Below, one piece after another: positions 1 to 8,627 of a DNA stretch of 64,000 nucleotides (positions are counted from its first letter, which is position 1; every line of letters starts with the position of its first letter). The notes under the pieces are model-generated. The model worked only from the letters and a program-made list of their open reading frames with translations. It was not told the DNA's origin and searched no databases. The translations under genes and the position numbers were made by a program. The stretch is from Pseudomonadales bacterium (GTDB lineage Bacteria > Pseudomonadota > Gammaproteobacteria > Pseudomonadales > Azotimanducaceae): NCBI GenBank assembly GCA_046290215.1, contig JBKAGC010000001.1:2936-66935 (forward strand). Reading direction: 5' to 3'.

Positions 1-484
1 GAATTTGTGGCTCAGGATTAAATTGCACTCGCCAACCGGACCCGGCTTGTTCTGCCTCCGGCACATTGATGGTTTCAGCAGCAACCCCTGAACCGTCGGA
101 ATTCAAGATGGCTTCGAAGCGCTGAATCAGTTCACTTGAGTGAGTTGTATCTACTTCTGTTTCAGCCTGGAGGGACTCAACCAGGCCTCGCAGGCAATCC
201 ACTGATTCAAGAAACAGGTCGATCTCGTCCTGAGAAATACTACGGCTGCCATCGCGCACCTGGTCGAGCAAGGTCTCCAGTACGTGGGTAAATTCGGAAA
301 CCGCGGTAAAACTAAACGTGGCGCTGCCACCTTTGATTGAATGTGCCGCGCGAAAAATCGCGTTCACCGTCTCATTATCAATCGCCGCCGGGTCTAGTTC
401 GAGCAACCCAGTTTCCATAACTTCAAGACCTTCGAAACACTCTTCGAAGAAAACCTGGTGAAATTGCGATAGATCTACGGACAC
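1..484 (-). CDS. cheA: chemotaxis histidine kinase CheA, N-terminal Hpt/P1 part (3' end runs off the window)
   Basis: Not in the ORF track because it is open to the window edge. GTG at 484-482 is preceded by a G-rich RBS. My translation is VSVDLSQFHQVFFEECFEGLEVMETGLLELD...AIFRAAHSIKGGSATFSF..., with the Hpt phospho-His motif HSIKGG. It lies directly downstream of cheY. Confidence 0.75.
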   Translation of the reverse strand, partial: MSVDLSQFHQVFFEECFEGLEVMETGLLELDPAAIDNETVNAIFRAAHSIKGGSATFSFTAVSEFTHVLETLLDQVRDGSRSISQDEIDLFLESVDCLRGLVESLQAETEVDTTHSSELIQRFEAILNSDGSGVAAETINVPEAEQAGSGWRVQFNPEPQI

Positions 485-493
485 TTTAGCCCC

Positions 494-856
494 CTAGCCC
501 ATAACCCGCTTGACCGTATTAAGAAGCTGGTCAGGGTTAAATGGCTTCACAATCCAACCGGTAGCGCCGGCGGACTTGCCTTCCATTTTCTTGTCGCCAC
601 CGGTTTCTGTGGTGAGCACCAGAATCGGTGTGAATTTGTAACCCGGCAAACTTCGTAACTCCCGGGTCAGGGTAATGCCATCCATATTCGGCATATTCAC
701 GTCTGATAATACGAGATCAAACTGGCCGGTCTTGGCAAGCTCCAACGCCTCAACGCCATCACATGCTTGTTCGACGTCATATCCTGCACCTTGCAAGGTA
801 AACGACACCATTTGTCGCATGGACGCAGAATCATCTACCGCTAAAATCTTGCCCAT
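494..856 (-). CDS. cheY: CheY-like single-domain response regulator
   Basis: 120 aa. Receiver motifs are present: ILAVDDS, DLVLSDVNMPNMDG, and a conserved Lys in WIVKPF. It lies between the STAS gene and cheA. Confidence 0.85.
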   Translation of the reverse strand: MGKILAVDDSASMRQMVSFTLQGAGYDVEQACDGVEALELAKTGQFDLVLSDVNMPNMDGITLTRELRSLPGYKFTPILVLTTETGGDKKMEGKSAGATGWIVKPFNPDQLLNTVKRVMG

Positions 857-862
857 ATTTCC

Positions 863-1162
863 CTAAGCCTCCACAACCACTGTTTCGTTTAAGCCAACTT
901 CGGCTGTTAAATTAAAAAAGTTAATGGCTTCCTGGATCGTCTCAGAGGGCTGATTCCAGGAAACGTCTAGATGCTGTTTGCTCGCTTCCCTGAACAAACC
1001 TAGCAACAACTGCACTCCGGACGTGTCGATTTTGCCAACCCTGGCGGCGTTTAACTGAATAGGCATACCATCGCTCAGCGCCGCTTCAAGGGTCAGGTGA
1101 AGTTGCTCGGCAGAGGCGATATCCATTCGGTCGGGTAAATCTATTGCAACACGCTCGGTCAT
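863..1162 (-). CDS. STAS-domain protein (anti-sigma-factor-antagonist-like)
   Basis: 99 aa. The size and the pattern (...IDTSGVQLLLGLFREA...) are typical of SpoIIAA/STAS proteins. It sits immediately upstream of cheY-cheA. Confidence 0.6.
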   Translation of the reverse strand: MTERVAIDLPDRMDIASAEQLHLTLEAALSDGMPIQLNAARVGKIDTSGVQLLLGLFREASKQHLDVSWNQPSETIQEAINFFNLTAEVGLNETVVVEA

Positions 1163-1222
1163 AAGTTTTTGTCCTTCACGTTAAGCGTAGCTGGCGATTG
1201 TTAAATTGCCTGTTTCAGTAAC

Positions 1223-1645
1223 CTAACGCTGGGTGGTTCGACTACTGAGTTCATCCAGCTCTTTTTGCTCGTAGCGGGCGGCATCACGCTGTTGCTTGAG
1301 GCCACGTTTTTCAATGACTTTCTCAACGGACATACGTTCCTGGCGACGCCCTTGCCAGTGCCCTTGAGTGGTATGGACCTGTTCCAGGAGTTGCTCCACC
1401 TGCTGCTCTTGCTGGTCGATGGCCTGGGATAATTGGTTTAAAAACTGCCGGGTCGACTGGAATCGATTGGCTGACTGAGCTGTAACCGGGGGCTGATACT
1501 CATCCCGGAAGGCGCGCAATTCATCGAGCTTCTCTTGATTAAAAGCCCAATCCTGCTTGTGTTTGGAGTAAATTGCTGCGGCGTTGCTCTCTTTTGATTC
1601 GGCAATTTGCAAGATGCCACTGAGGCGATCTTTCTTCTTTGTCAT
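1223..1645 (-). CDS. fliJ: flagellar export chaperone FliJ
   Basis: 140 aa, coiled-coil and Q/E/R-rich. It lies immediately downstream of fliI, the canonical position. Confidence 0.8.
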   Translation of the reverse strand: MTKKKDRLSGILQIAESKESNAAAIYSKHKQDWAFNQEKLDELRAFRDEYQPPVTAQSANRFQSTRQFLNQLSQAIDQQEQQVEQLLEQVHTTQGHWQGRRQERMSVEKVIEKRGLKQQRDAARYEQKELDELSSRTTQR

Positions 1646-1687
1646 ACTTCACCTTACGCTCTTACCACAAAATCTTCAGAGTCAGGA

Positions 1688-2941
1688 TCAGATCAACGTT
1701 TGTAACTTCTCCAGACTCTCTTCTAAGCGTAGTCCCTCATGAATTCCTTGCTGAAGAAATTGCTGTAAAAGTGGAAATTTTTCGATGGCGTAGTCCAAAT
1801 CCACGTCTGTACCCACGGTATAAGCGCCCACGGTGATTAAATCCTCGTTCTGACGGTACCTGGCGTACACCTGGCGGAACTTCTTCGCCACCTGCAAATG
1901 CGCCTCAGAGACGATATTCGGCATGGTTCGGCTGACCGAGGCCTCGATATCGATTGCTGGATAGTGGCCGGACTCGGCCAAACTGCGGGACAAGGTGATA
2001 TGGCCATCTAGAATTGCCCGGGCAGAGTCAGCCACCGGATCTTGTGGATCATCACCTTCCGTTAGCACGGTGTAAAATGCCGTGACCGAGCCACCGCCTA
2101 CCTCGCCATTCCCGGCCCGCTCAACCAATTCAGGAATCTTGGCAAAAACTGTCGGCGGATAGCCTTTAGTTGAGGGAGGTTCGCCCGCTGCCAGGGAAAT
2201 CTGCCGCTGTGCCTGGGCAACCCGGGTCAGCGAGTCCATTAAGAGCAGGACATCCTTGCCCTGATCGCGATAATACTCCGCCAGCCGCGTCGCAAGAAAA
2301 CTCGCGCGGATTTTCATGGTGGGAGAATCATCGGCGGGTGCCGCTACCACAATTGCCCGGGTTTGGCCTTTGGCATCGAGAATCTGCTCAATAAACTCTT
2401 GCACTTCCCGGCCCCGTTCGCCAATCAGACCCACCACGATCACATCCGCCTCGGTGTAACGAGTCATCATGCCAAGTAAGACACTTTTGCCCACGCCACT
2501 ACCTGCAAACAGCCCTAACCGCTGACCTCGACCCACTGTCATCAAGCTGTTAATGGCCACAATGCCAGTGTCTAATACCTCACTAATGGGTTTGCGATGC
2601 AGCGGGTTAATGGCGTCTGGGGTAATTTTTACGCGGCCGCTAGCTTCTATGGCGCCGCGACCATCCAGGGGTTTACCGTTACCATCAATTACTCGGCCTA
2701 GATAAGCATCGCCTACACCGATCAAGGGATCCGGCATAGGTTTGACTAACGCGCCGGGTTTTAAGCGGCCAAGATTACCCACCGGCATCATGAATATTTT
2801 TTCACCTTCAAAGCCAACTACCTCAGCCTCGATAGAATCCTCACCATCCACAATTTCACAAATACCGCCAAGCCGGGTTTGGCAACCCACGGCCTCAATC
2901 AACATGCCGGTGACGCGGGTCAGTTTGCCGGTGGCCTGCAA
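1688..2941 (-). CDS. fliI: flagellum-specific ATPase FliI (start codon uncertain; TTG at 2941 probably too far downstream)
   Basis: Walker A motif GSGVGKS is present and the layout is F1-ATPase-like. The reading frame stays open upstream to 3037 with no ATG, GTG or TTG. Confidence 0.9.
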   Translation of the reverse strand: MQATGKLTRVTGMLIEAVGCQTRLGGICEIVDGEDSIEAEVVGFEGEKIFMMPVGNLGRLKPGALVKPMPDPLIGVGDAYLGRVIDGNGKPLDGRGAIEASGRVKITPDAINPLHRKPISEVLDTGIVAINSLMTVGRGQRLGLFAGSGVGKSVLLGMMTRYTEADVIVVGLIGERGREVQEFIEQILDAKGQTRAIVVAAPADDSPTMKIRASFLATRLAEYYRDQGKDVLLLMDSLTRVAQAQRQISLAAGEPPSTKGYPPTVFAKIPELVERAGNGEVGGGSVTAFYTVLTEGDDPQDPVADSARAILDGHITLSRSLAESGHYPAIDIEASVSRTMPNIVSEAHLQVAKKFRQVYARYRQNEDLITVGAYTVGTDVDLDYAIEKFPLLQQFLQQGIHEGLRLEESLEKLQTLI

Positions 2942-3000
2942 CTCTGGTTCGAACGCGGCAAGATTCGCTAATGCCGATTTTATGGTGTCGATGCTCAGGG

Positions 3001-4047
3001 CTATAACTCCGACTCTAGTTGCTGCAGGCTTTGCGTATCAGCAACTTCAACATCATCGGTTTTCCATGCCGCCACAAGCGCTTCACGGAGTCGGCTGGTG
3101 AGATCCGCTGTTACCTGGGAGTCCGCAGTTTCAACGCGACAGCCACCGCGAACCAATCCTGCATCAGCCACTAGCTCCACGTCTGAGCCAACCGCCTCTT
3201 GAAGCCATTCCATATCTGACGGGTTAACAAAGGCCCGGGGGGCAGTAGCATTATGAGGCAGCGCCTCGAGAGCTTTTCTAATCACCCGTTTGATATGTGC
3301 TGACTCGGTTTTTAGCTCACCCATCAATACTGTTTGGCATATTTGGGTGACCAGCGGCAGCAATGCAGCTTCAAAATTATCAACCTGATCATTGGGTTGG
3401 GAGAATCCCTGGACCAGGGTATTAAGCAGATCGCGCTGCTTTGCCACCTCATTAGTAAAAGCTTGTTCCGCTGCTTCGCGACCAGATTTACTCCCGGCTT
3501 CGTGGCCTGCCTCATAACCGGCCTGCTCACCTTTGACGAAACCTTCGGTTTCACCTTTTTGATAACCCTCGGCATAACCGACTTCCGCATTGGCGCTAGT
3601 ATCGGTCTTAGGAACGTGGGCTGCTTCGGCCTGATCTGGTTGCTCGTGACTTACATCTGGTGCAGTTGGCGCTGCTTCGGGGGTCGGCGCTACAGGAGGC
3701 TGGTCGTTTGAGGGTTGTCCATTGGCTGAGGGCTGTCCATTAGCTGAGGGCTCTTTATTAGCTGAAGGCTCTTTACTGGCTGAAGGCTCTTTATTAGCTG
3801 AGGGCTCTTTATCCGCTGAAGGCTCTTTACTAGCTGAAGGCTCTTTATTAGCTGAAGGCTCTTGCCCGCCACCGTTGGCGGAGGCGGTGGTTTTTTCCGG
3901 TGCGCGGTTAGTCCGACTGGCGGGAATCTTGCGATCTTTGGCGGTGTTTCTCAGGCGAATGGTCTTGGTCCCGCCCAGTTCAGGTGGTTGCCAACCTCCA
4001 GCGGCCTGGACCTGTTCTGGAGTTAATTTTGCCGGAAGCTTCGCCAT
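3001..4047 (-). CDS. fliH: flagellar assembly protein FliH with a repeat-expanded N-terminal region
   Basis: 348 aa. The C-terminal half is FliH-like (...GGCRVETADSQVTADLTSRL...). It lies between fliG and fliI. The N-terminal part carries PSA(N/S/D)KE hexapeptide repeats. Confidence 0.85.
   Translation of the reverse strand: MAKLPAKLTPEQVQAAGGWQPPELGGTKTIRLRNTAKDRKIPASRTNRAPEKTTASANGGGQEPSANKEPSASKEPSADKEPSANKEPSASKEPSANKEPSANGQPSANGQPSNDQPPVAPTPEAAPTAPDVSHEQPDQAEAAHVPKTDTSANAEVGYAEGYQKGETEGFVKGEQAGYEAGHEAGSKSGREAAEQAFTNEVAKQRDLLNTLVQGFSQPNDQVDNFEAALLPLVTQICQTVLMGELKTESAHIKRVIRKALEALPHNATAPRAFVNPSDMEWLQEAVGSDVELVADAGLVRGGCRVETADSQVTADLTSRLREALVAAWKTDDVEVADTQSLQQLESEL
3708..3869. repeat. 18-bp tandem repeat x9 inside fliH (in frame; hexapeptide repeat)
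   Basis: The plus-strand unit is ctgaaggctctttattag. Nine consecutive copies carry a few substitutions and encode EPSANK/EPSASK/EPSADK...GQPSAN. Confidence 0.95.
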
Positions 4048-4054
4048 GGCGAAC

Positions 4055-5071
4055 CTATATCATCTGATCGCCGCCGCCCGACAAAATAATGTCGCCGGCA
4101 TCTGCCATCTTACGTGCCACACCCAGAATTTCACGCTGCGCAGCTTCAACATCACTGACGCGTACTGGCCCTTTGGCTTCCAGATCATCTTGCAAGAGTT
4201 CAGCTGCACGCTTCGACATATTCTTGAAGATCTTTTCTTGCATCGCATCGTCGGCGCCTTTCAGCGCGGTGATCAGCACCTCGGAAGAAATCTCCCGGAG
4301 TAGCGTTTGAATGCCGCGATCATCCACATCCACCAGATTATCAAAGACAAACATCAGATCTTGAATTTCCACGGCCAACTCTTCGTCCACTTCAGAGATC
4401 GCGGTCATAATGTCGCTTTCCATGGTGGAATCCACGTTGTTCATAATCTCGGCCGCCACCTTAGTACCACCCATGGCGCTACTCTGGGTATTAGAACCTG
4501 AGAACTGCTTCTCAAGGATATCGTTCAATTCTTGTAAGGCTGCCGGTTGGACCGAGTCCAGTGCTGCCACACGCATCATTAAATCCTGGCGAACACGCGG
4601 ATCTTGCATGTTAGATAGCACCTGCGCGGAATGGTCAGCATCTAGATAAGCCAGAACGATAGCTTGAATTTGCGGGTGCTCATAACGAATAATTTCTGAT
4701 ACTGAACGGGCATCCATCCATTTTAAGGTATCGAGACCGGTGGTATTGCCACCCATCAGGATGCGATCAATCAGACCTCCGGCTTTATCTGCACCCAGGG
4801 CTTTCACCAGGGTTGCTTTAATATAGTCGTCTGAACCAATACCCAGCCCGGTTTGACTCTCTACCTCTTGCATCATTTTGCTCATAACAAACTCCACCTG
4901 GTCATTGGTGATGTTTGCAAGATTAGCCATAGCAGAACCGACCCGCTGGACTTCCTTTGGGCCAAGGTGTGTTAGGACCTGCGCAGCAGAGCTTTCACCA
5001 AGCGTCATCAACAGCACAGCAGCCATATCCAGCTTGGCCATCTTTAACGCCGGACGAGTTTCATCGACCAT
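4055..5071 (-). CDS. fliG: flagellar motor switch protein FliG
   Basis: 338 aa. The sequence is typical of FliG (...MFVFDNL..., C-terminal torque helix region). It lies between fliF and fliH. Confidence 0.95.
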   Translation of the reverse strand: MVDETRPALKMAKLDMAAVLLMTLGESSAAQVLTHLGPKEVQRVGSAMANLANITNDQVEFVMSKMMQEVESQTGLGIGSDDYIKATLVKALGADKAGGLIDRILMGGNTTGLDTLKWMDARSVSEIIRYEHPQIQAIVLAYLDADHSAQVLSNMQDPRVRQDLMMRVAALDSVQPAALQELNDILEKQFSGSNTQSSAMGGTKVAAEIMNNVDSTMESDIMTAISEVDEELAVEIQDLMFVFDNLVDVDDRGIQTLLREISSEVLITALKGADDAMQEKIFKNMSKRAAELLQDDLEAKGPVRVSDVEAAQREILGVARKMADAGDIILSGGGDQMI

Positions 5072-5097
5072 ATCGCCTCCTGCCCTGTGTTATTTGC

Positions 5098-6852
5098 TTA
5101 ACCATCAGATGCAACCCACTCTTTCAATACCTGAGCCACGCGCGCCGGATTCTCTTCCACCAATGCCTTGATCGTATCAAGCTGCCTGGCGTACATATCC
5201 CCTGGTCCTGGCAAGAGCAGTTCTTCCCCACCACTTAAGGTGACGGTTTCTTGCATGGCTTCTTCTTCCGCTTCCAGTTCCTGCTCGGCCAGACGTTCCA
5301 ACTCTTGCTCGGCAAGCAGGTCTTTCATGCGATCTTCGGCACTCGGACCCGCTAACAAATTCAATACGGGGCGAAGCACAAAGAAGGTTAAGAAGATTAC
5401 CAACAAGCCGAACATCACCTGGCGGAAGATGTCCAGGAACCAGCTTTCCGTCCAAAAGCCCGGTGGATCCAGGACCACCTCTTCTACTTCACCAAACGGC
5501 TCGTTGATCACCGTAACCCGGTCGCCGCGGATATTGTTAAAACCAATGGCATCGCGAATCAATTGATTAAAACGCAATAACGACTCATCTTCCCAGGGGA
5601 TGGTTTGAACTTCACCAGTTTCTGGGTTTATTACTTTGCGATTATCCAATACCACCGCCACCGTGAGACGGCTGATACGACCAACGGGATGGCGAGTATG
5701 ACTAATGGTTCGATCTAACTCATAGTTACGCGTGGCCTGGGTACGCTGGCGGTTGATCACTGGCGCTGCTTCACCGTCTTCGCCCACTGCTTCTTCTGGC
5801 GCAGCAGCAGGATCTGGGGGCTGATTTGCCAGGGCACCTGGAATACCGCCTTCATCACCCCCGGCGCGGATCTCTTCTAAAGTCTCTTCGCTACGGATGG
5901 CGGGCAAATCCGGGTTGTACATTTCTTCTGTCTGTTCCACCCAGGTGAAATCCACCTCGGCAGCCACCTGGGCATTAAATTCCGTTTCACCCAGAACCGG
6001 CATCAAAATCTTTTGCACCTTCTCTAGCAACTCTGATTCAACCTTCTGGGAGAACTGAAACTGCTTCTCGGTTTCACCGATATTGCTGTCATCTTCAAAG
6101 TCAGATAACAAAGCCCCGCTTTGATTCACCACGGTGACATCTTCCGCTTTCATTTCCGGTACGCTATTAGCCACCAGATGCATAATAGACTTCACTTGCT
6201 GTCGCTCTAGCTCAAGCCCTGACATCAATTCAACAAACACTGACGCGGAGGGCTTTCGACCATCACGAACAAACACCGACTGTTTTGGGATCGCCAGCAG
6301 AACCCGGGCGTTGCGCACAGGTTTTAAACTAGCAATGGTTTTGGCGAGTTCACCTTCTATAGCGCGATGATAGCGGGCAGTTTCCATAAACTGACTGGTA
6401 CCCAGTTCTTGTTCCTGATCAAGAATCAGATAGCCAGTGTCCTGGGGACCAATGACATCGGCGGCGGCTACCTTCATTCGCGCCTCATGAATTTCGTTGG
6501 TAGGCACCAACACCATGCCTGTCTCAGGTTCAACGGTGAAGTTGACACCCGCCTCATCTAGGACCCTGGCGATTTGTGAAGCCTGGCTGGCATCCAGATT
6601 ACTGTACAGCGGGCGATAATCAGGAGTTTGACTCCACATTAAAACCAGTACAGAAAAGGTGATGACACAAGCAAAGCCAATCAACAAACCAACCTGCCGG
6701 AGTAACGGCAAGCCGAGAAAGCCAGATACCACGTCATTAGAACGGTAGCGCGTTGAATCCATACCAGGATCCGCGACCGGCACCGGGTCGGACTCCATGG
6801 GAGTTCCAACTTCTGGCGGGTGTTCTAATTCCGCGACGGCTGTTTCGGACAT
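5098..6852 (-). CDS. fliF: flagellar MS-ring protein FliF
   Basis: 584 aa with N- and C-terminal TM segments and a YscJ/FliF-like core. It lies between fliE and fliG. Confidence 0.95.
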   Translation of the reverse strand: MSETAVAELEHPPEVGTPMESDPVPVADPGMDSTRYRSNDVVSGFLGLPLLRQVGLLIGFACVITFSVLVLMWSQTPDYRPLYSNLDASQASQIARVLDEAGVNFTVEPETGMVLVPTNEIHEARMKVAAADVIGPQDTGYLILDQEQELGTSQFMETARYHRAIEGELAKTIASLKPVRNARVLLAIPKQSVFVRDGRKPSASVFVELMSGLELERQQVKSIMHLVANSVPEMKAEDVTVVNQSGALLSDFEDDSNIGETEKQFQFSQKVESELLEKVQKILMPVLGETEFNAQVAAEVDFTWVEQTEEMYNPDLPAIRSEETLEEIRAGGDEGGIPGALANQPPDPAAAPEEAVGEDGEAAPVINRQRTQATRNYELDRTISHTRHPVGRISRLTVAVVLDNRKVINPETGEVQTIPWEDESLLRFNQLIRDAIGFNNIRGDRVTVINEPFGEVEEVVLDPPGFWTESWFLDIFRQVMFGLLVIFLTFFVLRPVLNLLAGPSAEDRMKDLLAEQELERLAEQELEAEEEAMQETVTLSGGEELLLPGPGDMYARQLDTIKALVEENPARVAQVLKEWVASDG

Positions 6853-6867
6853 GCGCTATAACCTCCG

Positions 6868-7224
6868 TTAGACAGGCATGTTCATGATTTTTTCATAGGC
6901 GTTGACAAGCTTGTTACGCGCCTCAGATACCGCCTGAAAAGCCACGGAAGCTTTTTGCGAGGCAATCATCGCTTGCGTCAAGGTCACGCCTTCTTCGCCT
7001 TGTTCAATGGCTGTTTGCAAACGGCCTGACTCTTTTTGCAAATCCGTGACCGTATCCAGAGCGTTAGACATGAGATCCTGAAAACTCGGCGCATCACTGG
7101 GGCGCTCGAGTCGGGTCGGGTCTGCCGCCTGGTCCGCCCGGACAAAGGCCTCCGGCCCCTGGCTTTGCAGCTTCATGGTGCGCATTTGCGAGAGTACGTT
7201 TTGGATGTCCATCCGATCAGCCAT
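6868..7224 (-). CDS. fliE: flagellar hook-basal body protein FliE
   Basis: I prefer the ATG at 7224 (MADRMDIQNVLSQMRTM...), which is preceded by AAGGAG at 7231-7236. The track start at 7275 would overlap fleR. The C-terminus ...ARNKLVNAYEKIMNMPV is FliE-like. Confidence 0.85.
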   Translation of the reverse strand: MADRMDIQNVLSQMRTMKLQSQGPEAFVRADQAADPTRLERPSDAPSFQDLMSNALDTVTDLQKESGRLQTAIEQGEEGVTLTQAMIASQKASVAFQAVSEARNKLVNAYEKIMNMPV

Positions 7225-7235
7225 GATGCTTCTCC

Positions 7236-8627
7236 TTAACCGACTGCCAATTCGGCGTTGATATCGATGCCACAATCGCGCATGCGAGCAAGTTTATAAC
7301 GCAGTGTTCTCGCACTAATGCCTAGCTGCTCAGCGGTTTTGCTGCGACTCCCGCCTTCTTTGCGGAGCACATCGATGATGAGTTGAAATTCCTTATGCTT
7401 GAGATTCTCTTCTAAATTGCCATCTTGCTCAGGGTCTTCGCTGGTCACTGTGGCGCTAGTTCCTGGCGCTGCAACCGCGGGTAACGGTTGACCGGCATTG
7501 AGCATCGGATCCAGAAACAAGTCAGACTCCCCTACCAACTGACCGGGTTGCAGGATCAGCGAGCGCTGTACCGCATTTTCTAACTCGCGGACATTGCCCG
7601 GCCAGTCATAGTCCTTCAGCGCTTGCGCCGCGGCTTCATCAAACTCGGCAATGGGTCGGTTCATGCGGCGGCAGTAATTTTCGAGCATTTGTTCCGCCAG
7701 CGGCAGAATGTCACCACGACGATGCCGCAATGGTTCAATCGCCAGGGGGAAAACACTAATGCGGTAATAGAGGTCTTCGCGGAACTTGCCTGCCTGCACA
7801 TACTCCACCAGGTTACGGTTAGTGGTGGCAATTACCCGGACATCCACCTTGCGCACGGTTTTACCGCCAAGGCGTTCCACTTCACGCTCTTGTAGAACCC
7901 GCAGCAACTTTGCCTGTAAACCAAGGTCCATTTCAGAAATTTCATCTAGCAGCAAGGTACCGCCGTCGGCTTGTTCAAACTTACCTTCCCGAGCATTGAC
8001 CGCACCGGTGTAAGCGCCTTTTTCATGACCAAACAAAGTGGCTTCCAGCATGTTCTCTGGAATCGCAGCACAGTTGATAGCCACGAACGGCTTGCTAGCC
8101 CGGGGTGACTCTTCATGAATAAAACGCGAAATGACTTCTTTACCCACGCCGCTTTCACCTAGCAGCAATACTGTGGAATCCGCCACGGCGACTTTCTTAG
8201 CTAGCAGATAAAGTTTTCGCGATACCGGATCAACTACTACTGGCTGGACGCCAGTTTGATCGCCTGCTTGCTGACGGACGGTTTCAATTAAGGCGGTGGG
8301 CTCAAACGGTTTAATCATAAAGTCCACCGCACCAAGGCGCATAGCGGAGACTGCCTTGTCCACATCGGCATAGGCCGTGACCATCAATACCGGGAGCTGG
8401 CCATGCCGACCGCGGATGTTTTCCAGTAGTTCGATACCATCCATGCCATCCATATTGACATCGGATACCACCATATCCACCTCAGATCGAGACAATACGT
8501 CAAGCGCCTCAATACCATTGTTTGCAGTGCGTACTTTGAAACCAGCAAGCTTTAACGTTTCCGCGACGGCTTCTTGCAGCTCAAAATCATCTTCAACTAC
8601 GAGTACACATTTTTTGGTCATGCTCAC
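7236..8627 (-). CDS. fleR: sigma54-dependent two-component response regulator (FleR/FlrC type)
   Basis: 463 aa. It has a receiver domain, an AAA+ domain (GESGVGKE, GAYTGA) and a C-terminal HTH. It overlaps the upstream kinase gene by 4 nt. Confidence 0.9.
   Translation of the reverse strand: MSMTKKCVLVVEDDFELQEAVAETLKLAGFKVRTANNGIEALDVLSRSEVDMVVSDVNMDGMDGIELLENIRGRHGQLPVLMVTAYADVDKAVSAMRLGAVDFMIKPFEPTALIETVRQQAGDQTGVQPVVVDPVSRKLYLLAKKVAVADSTVLLLGESGVGKEVISRFIHEESPRASKPFVAINCAAIPENMLEATLFGHEKGAYTGAVNAREGKFEQADGGTLLLDEISEMDLGLQAKLLRVLQEREVERLGGKTVRKVDVRVIATTNRNLVEYVQAGKFREDLYYRISVFPLAIEPLRHRRGDILPLAEQMLENYCRRMNRPIAEFDEAAAQALKDYDWPGNVRELENAVQRSLILQPGQLVGESDLFLDPMLNAGQPLPAVAAPGTSATVTSEDPEQDGNLEENLKHKEFQLIIDVLRKEGGSRSKTAEQLGISARTLRYKLARMRDCGIDINAELAVG

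Noticed and set aside
3708-3869. Possible CRISPR array (regular short repeats); the same question applies to 27345..27399
   Set aside because: The units are directly abutting with no spacers (18-bp and 11-bp periods). One array lies inside a coding frame and there are no cas genes. They are plain tandem repeats.
3722-4303. 193-aa plus-strand ORF with AEGSLL repeats, and the 60-aa ORF at 3690..3872
   Set aside because: These are antisense and alternative-frame readings of the fliH 18-bp tandem repeat. The fliH frame connects to a conserved FliH C-terminal domain.
7225-7275. Extended fliE start (135-aa version) overlapping the end of fleR
   Set aside because: The ATG at 7224 has an AAGGAG RBS at ideal spacing and gives a normal 118-aa FliE. 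The extension (MWHRYQRRIGSRLRRSI) is Arg-rich and overlaps fleR coding sequence.
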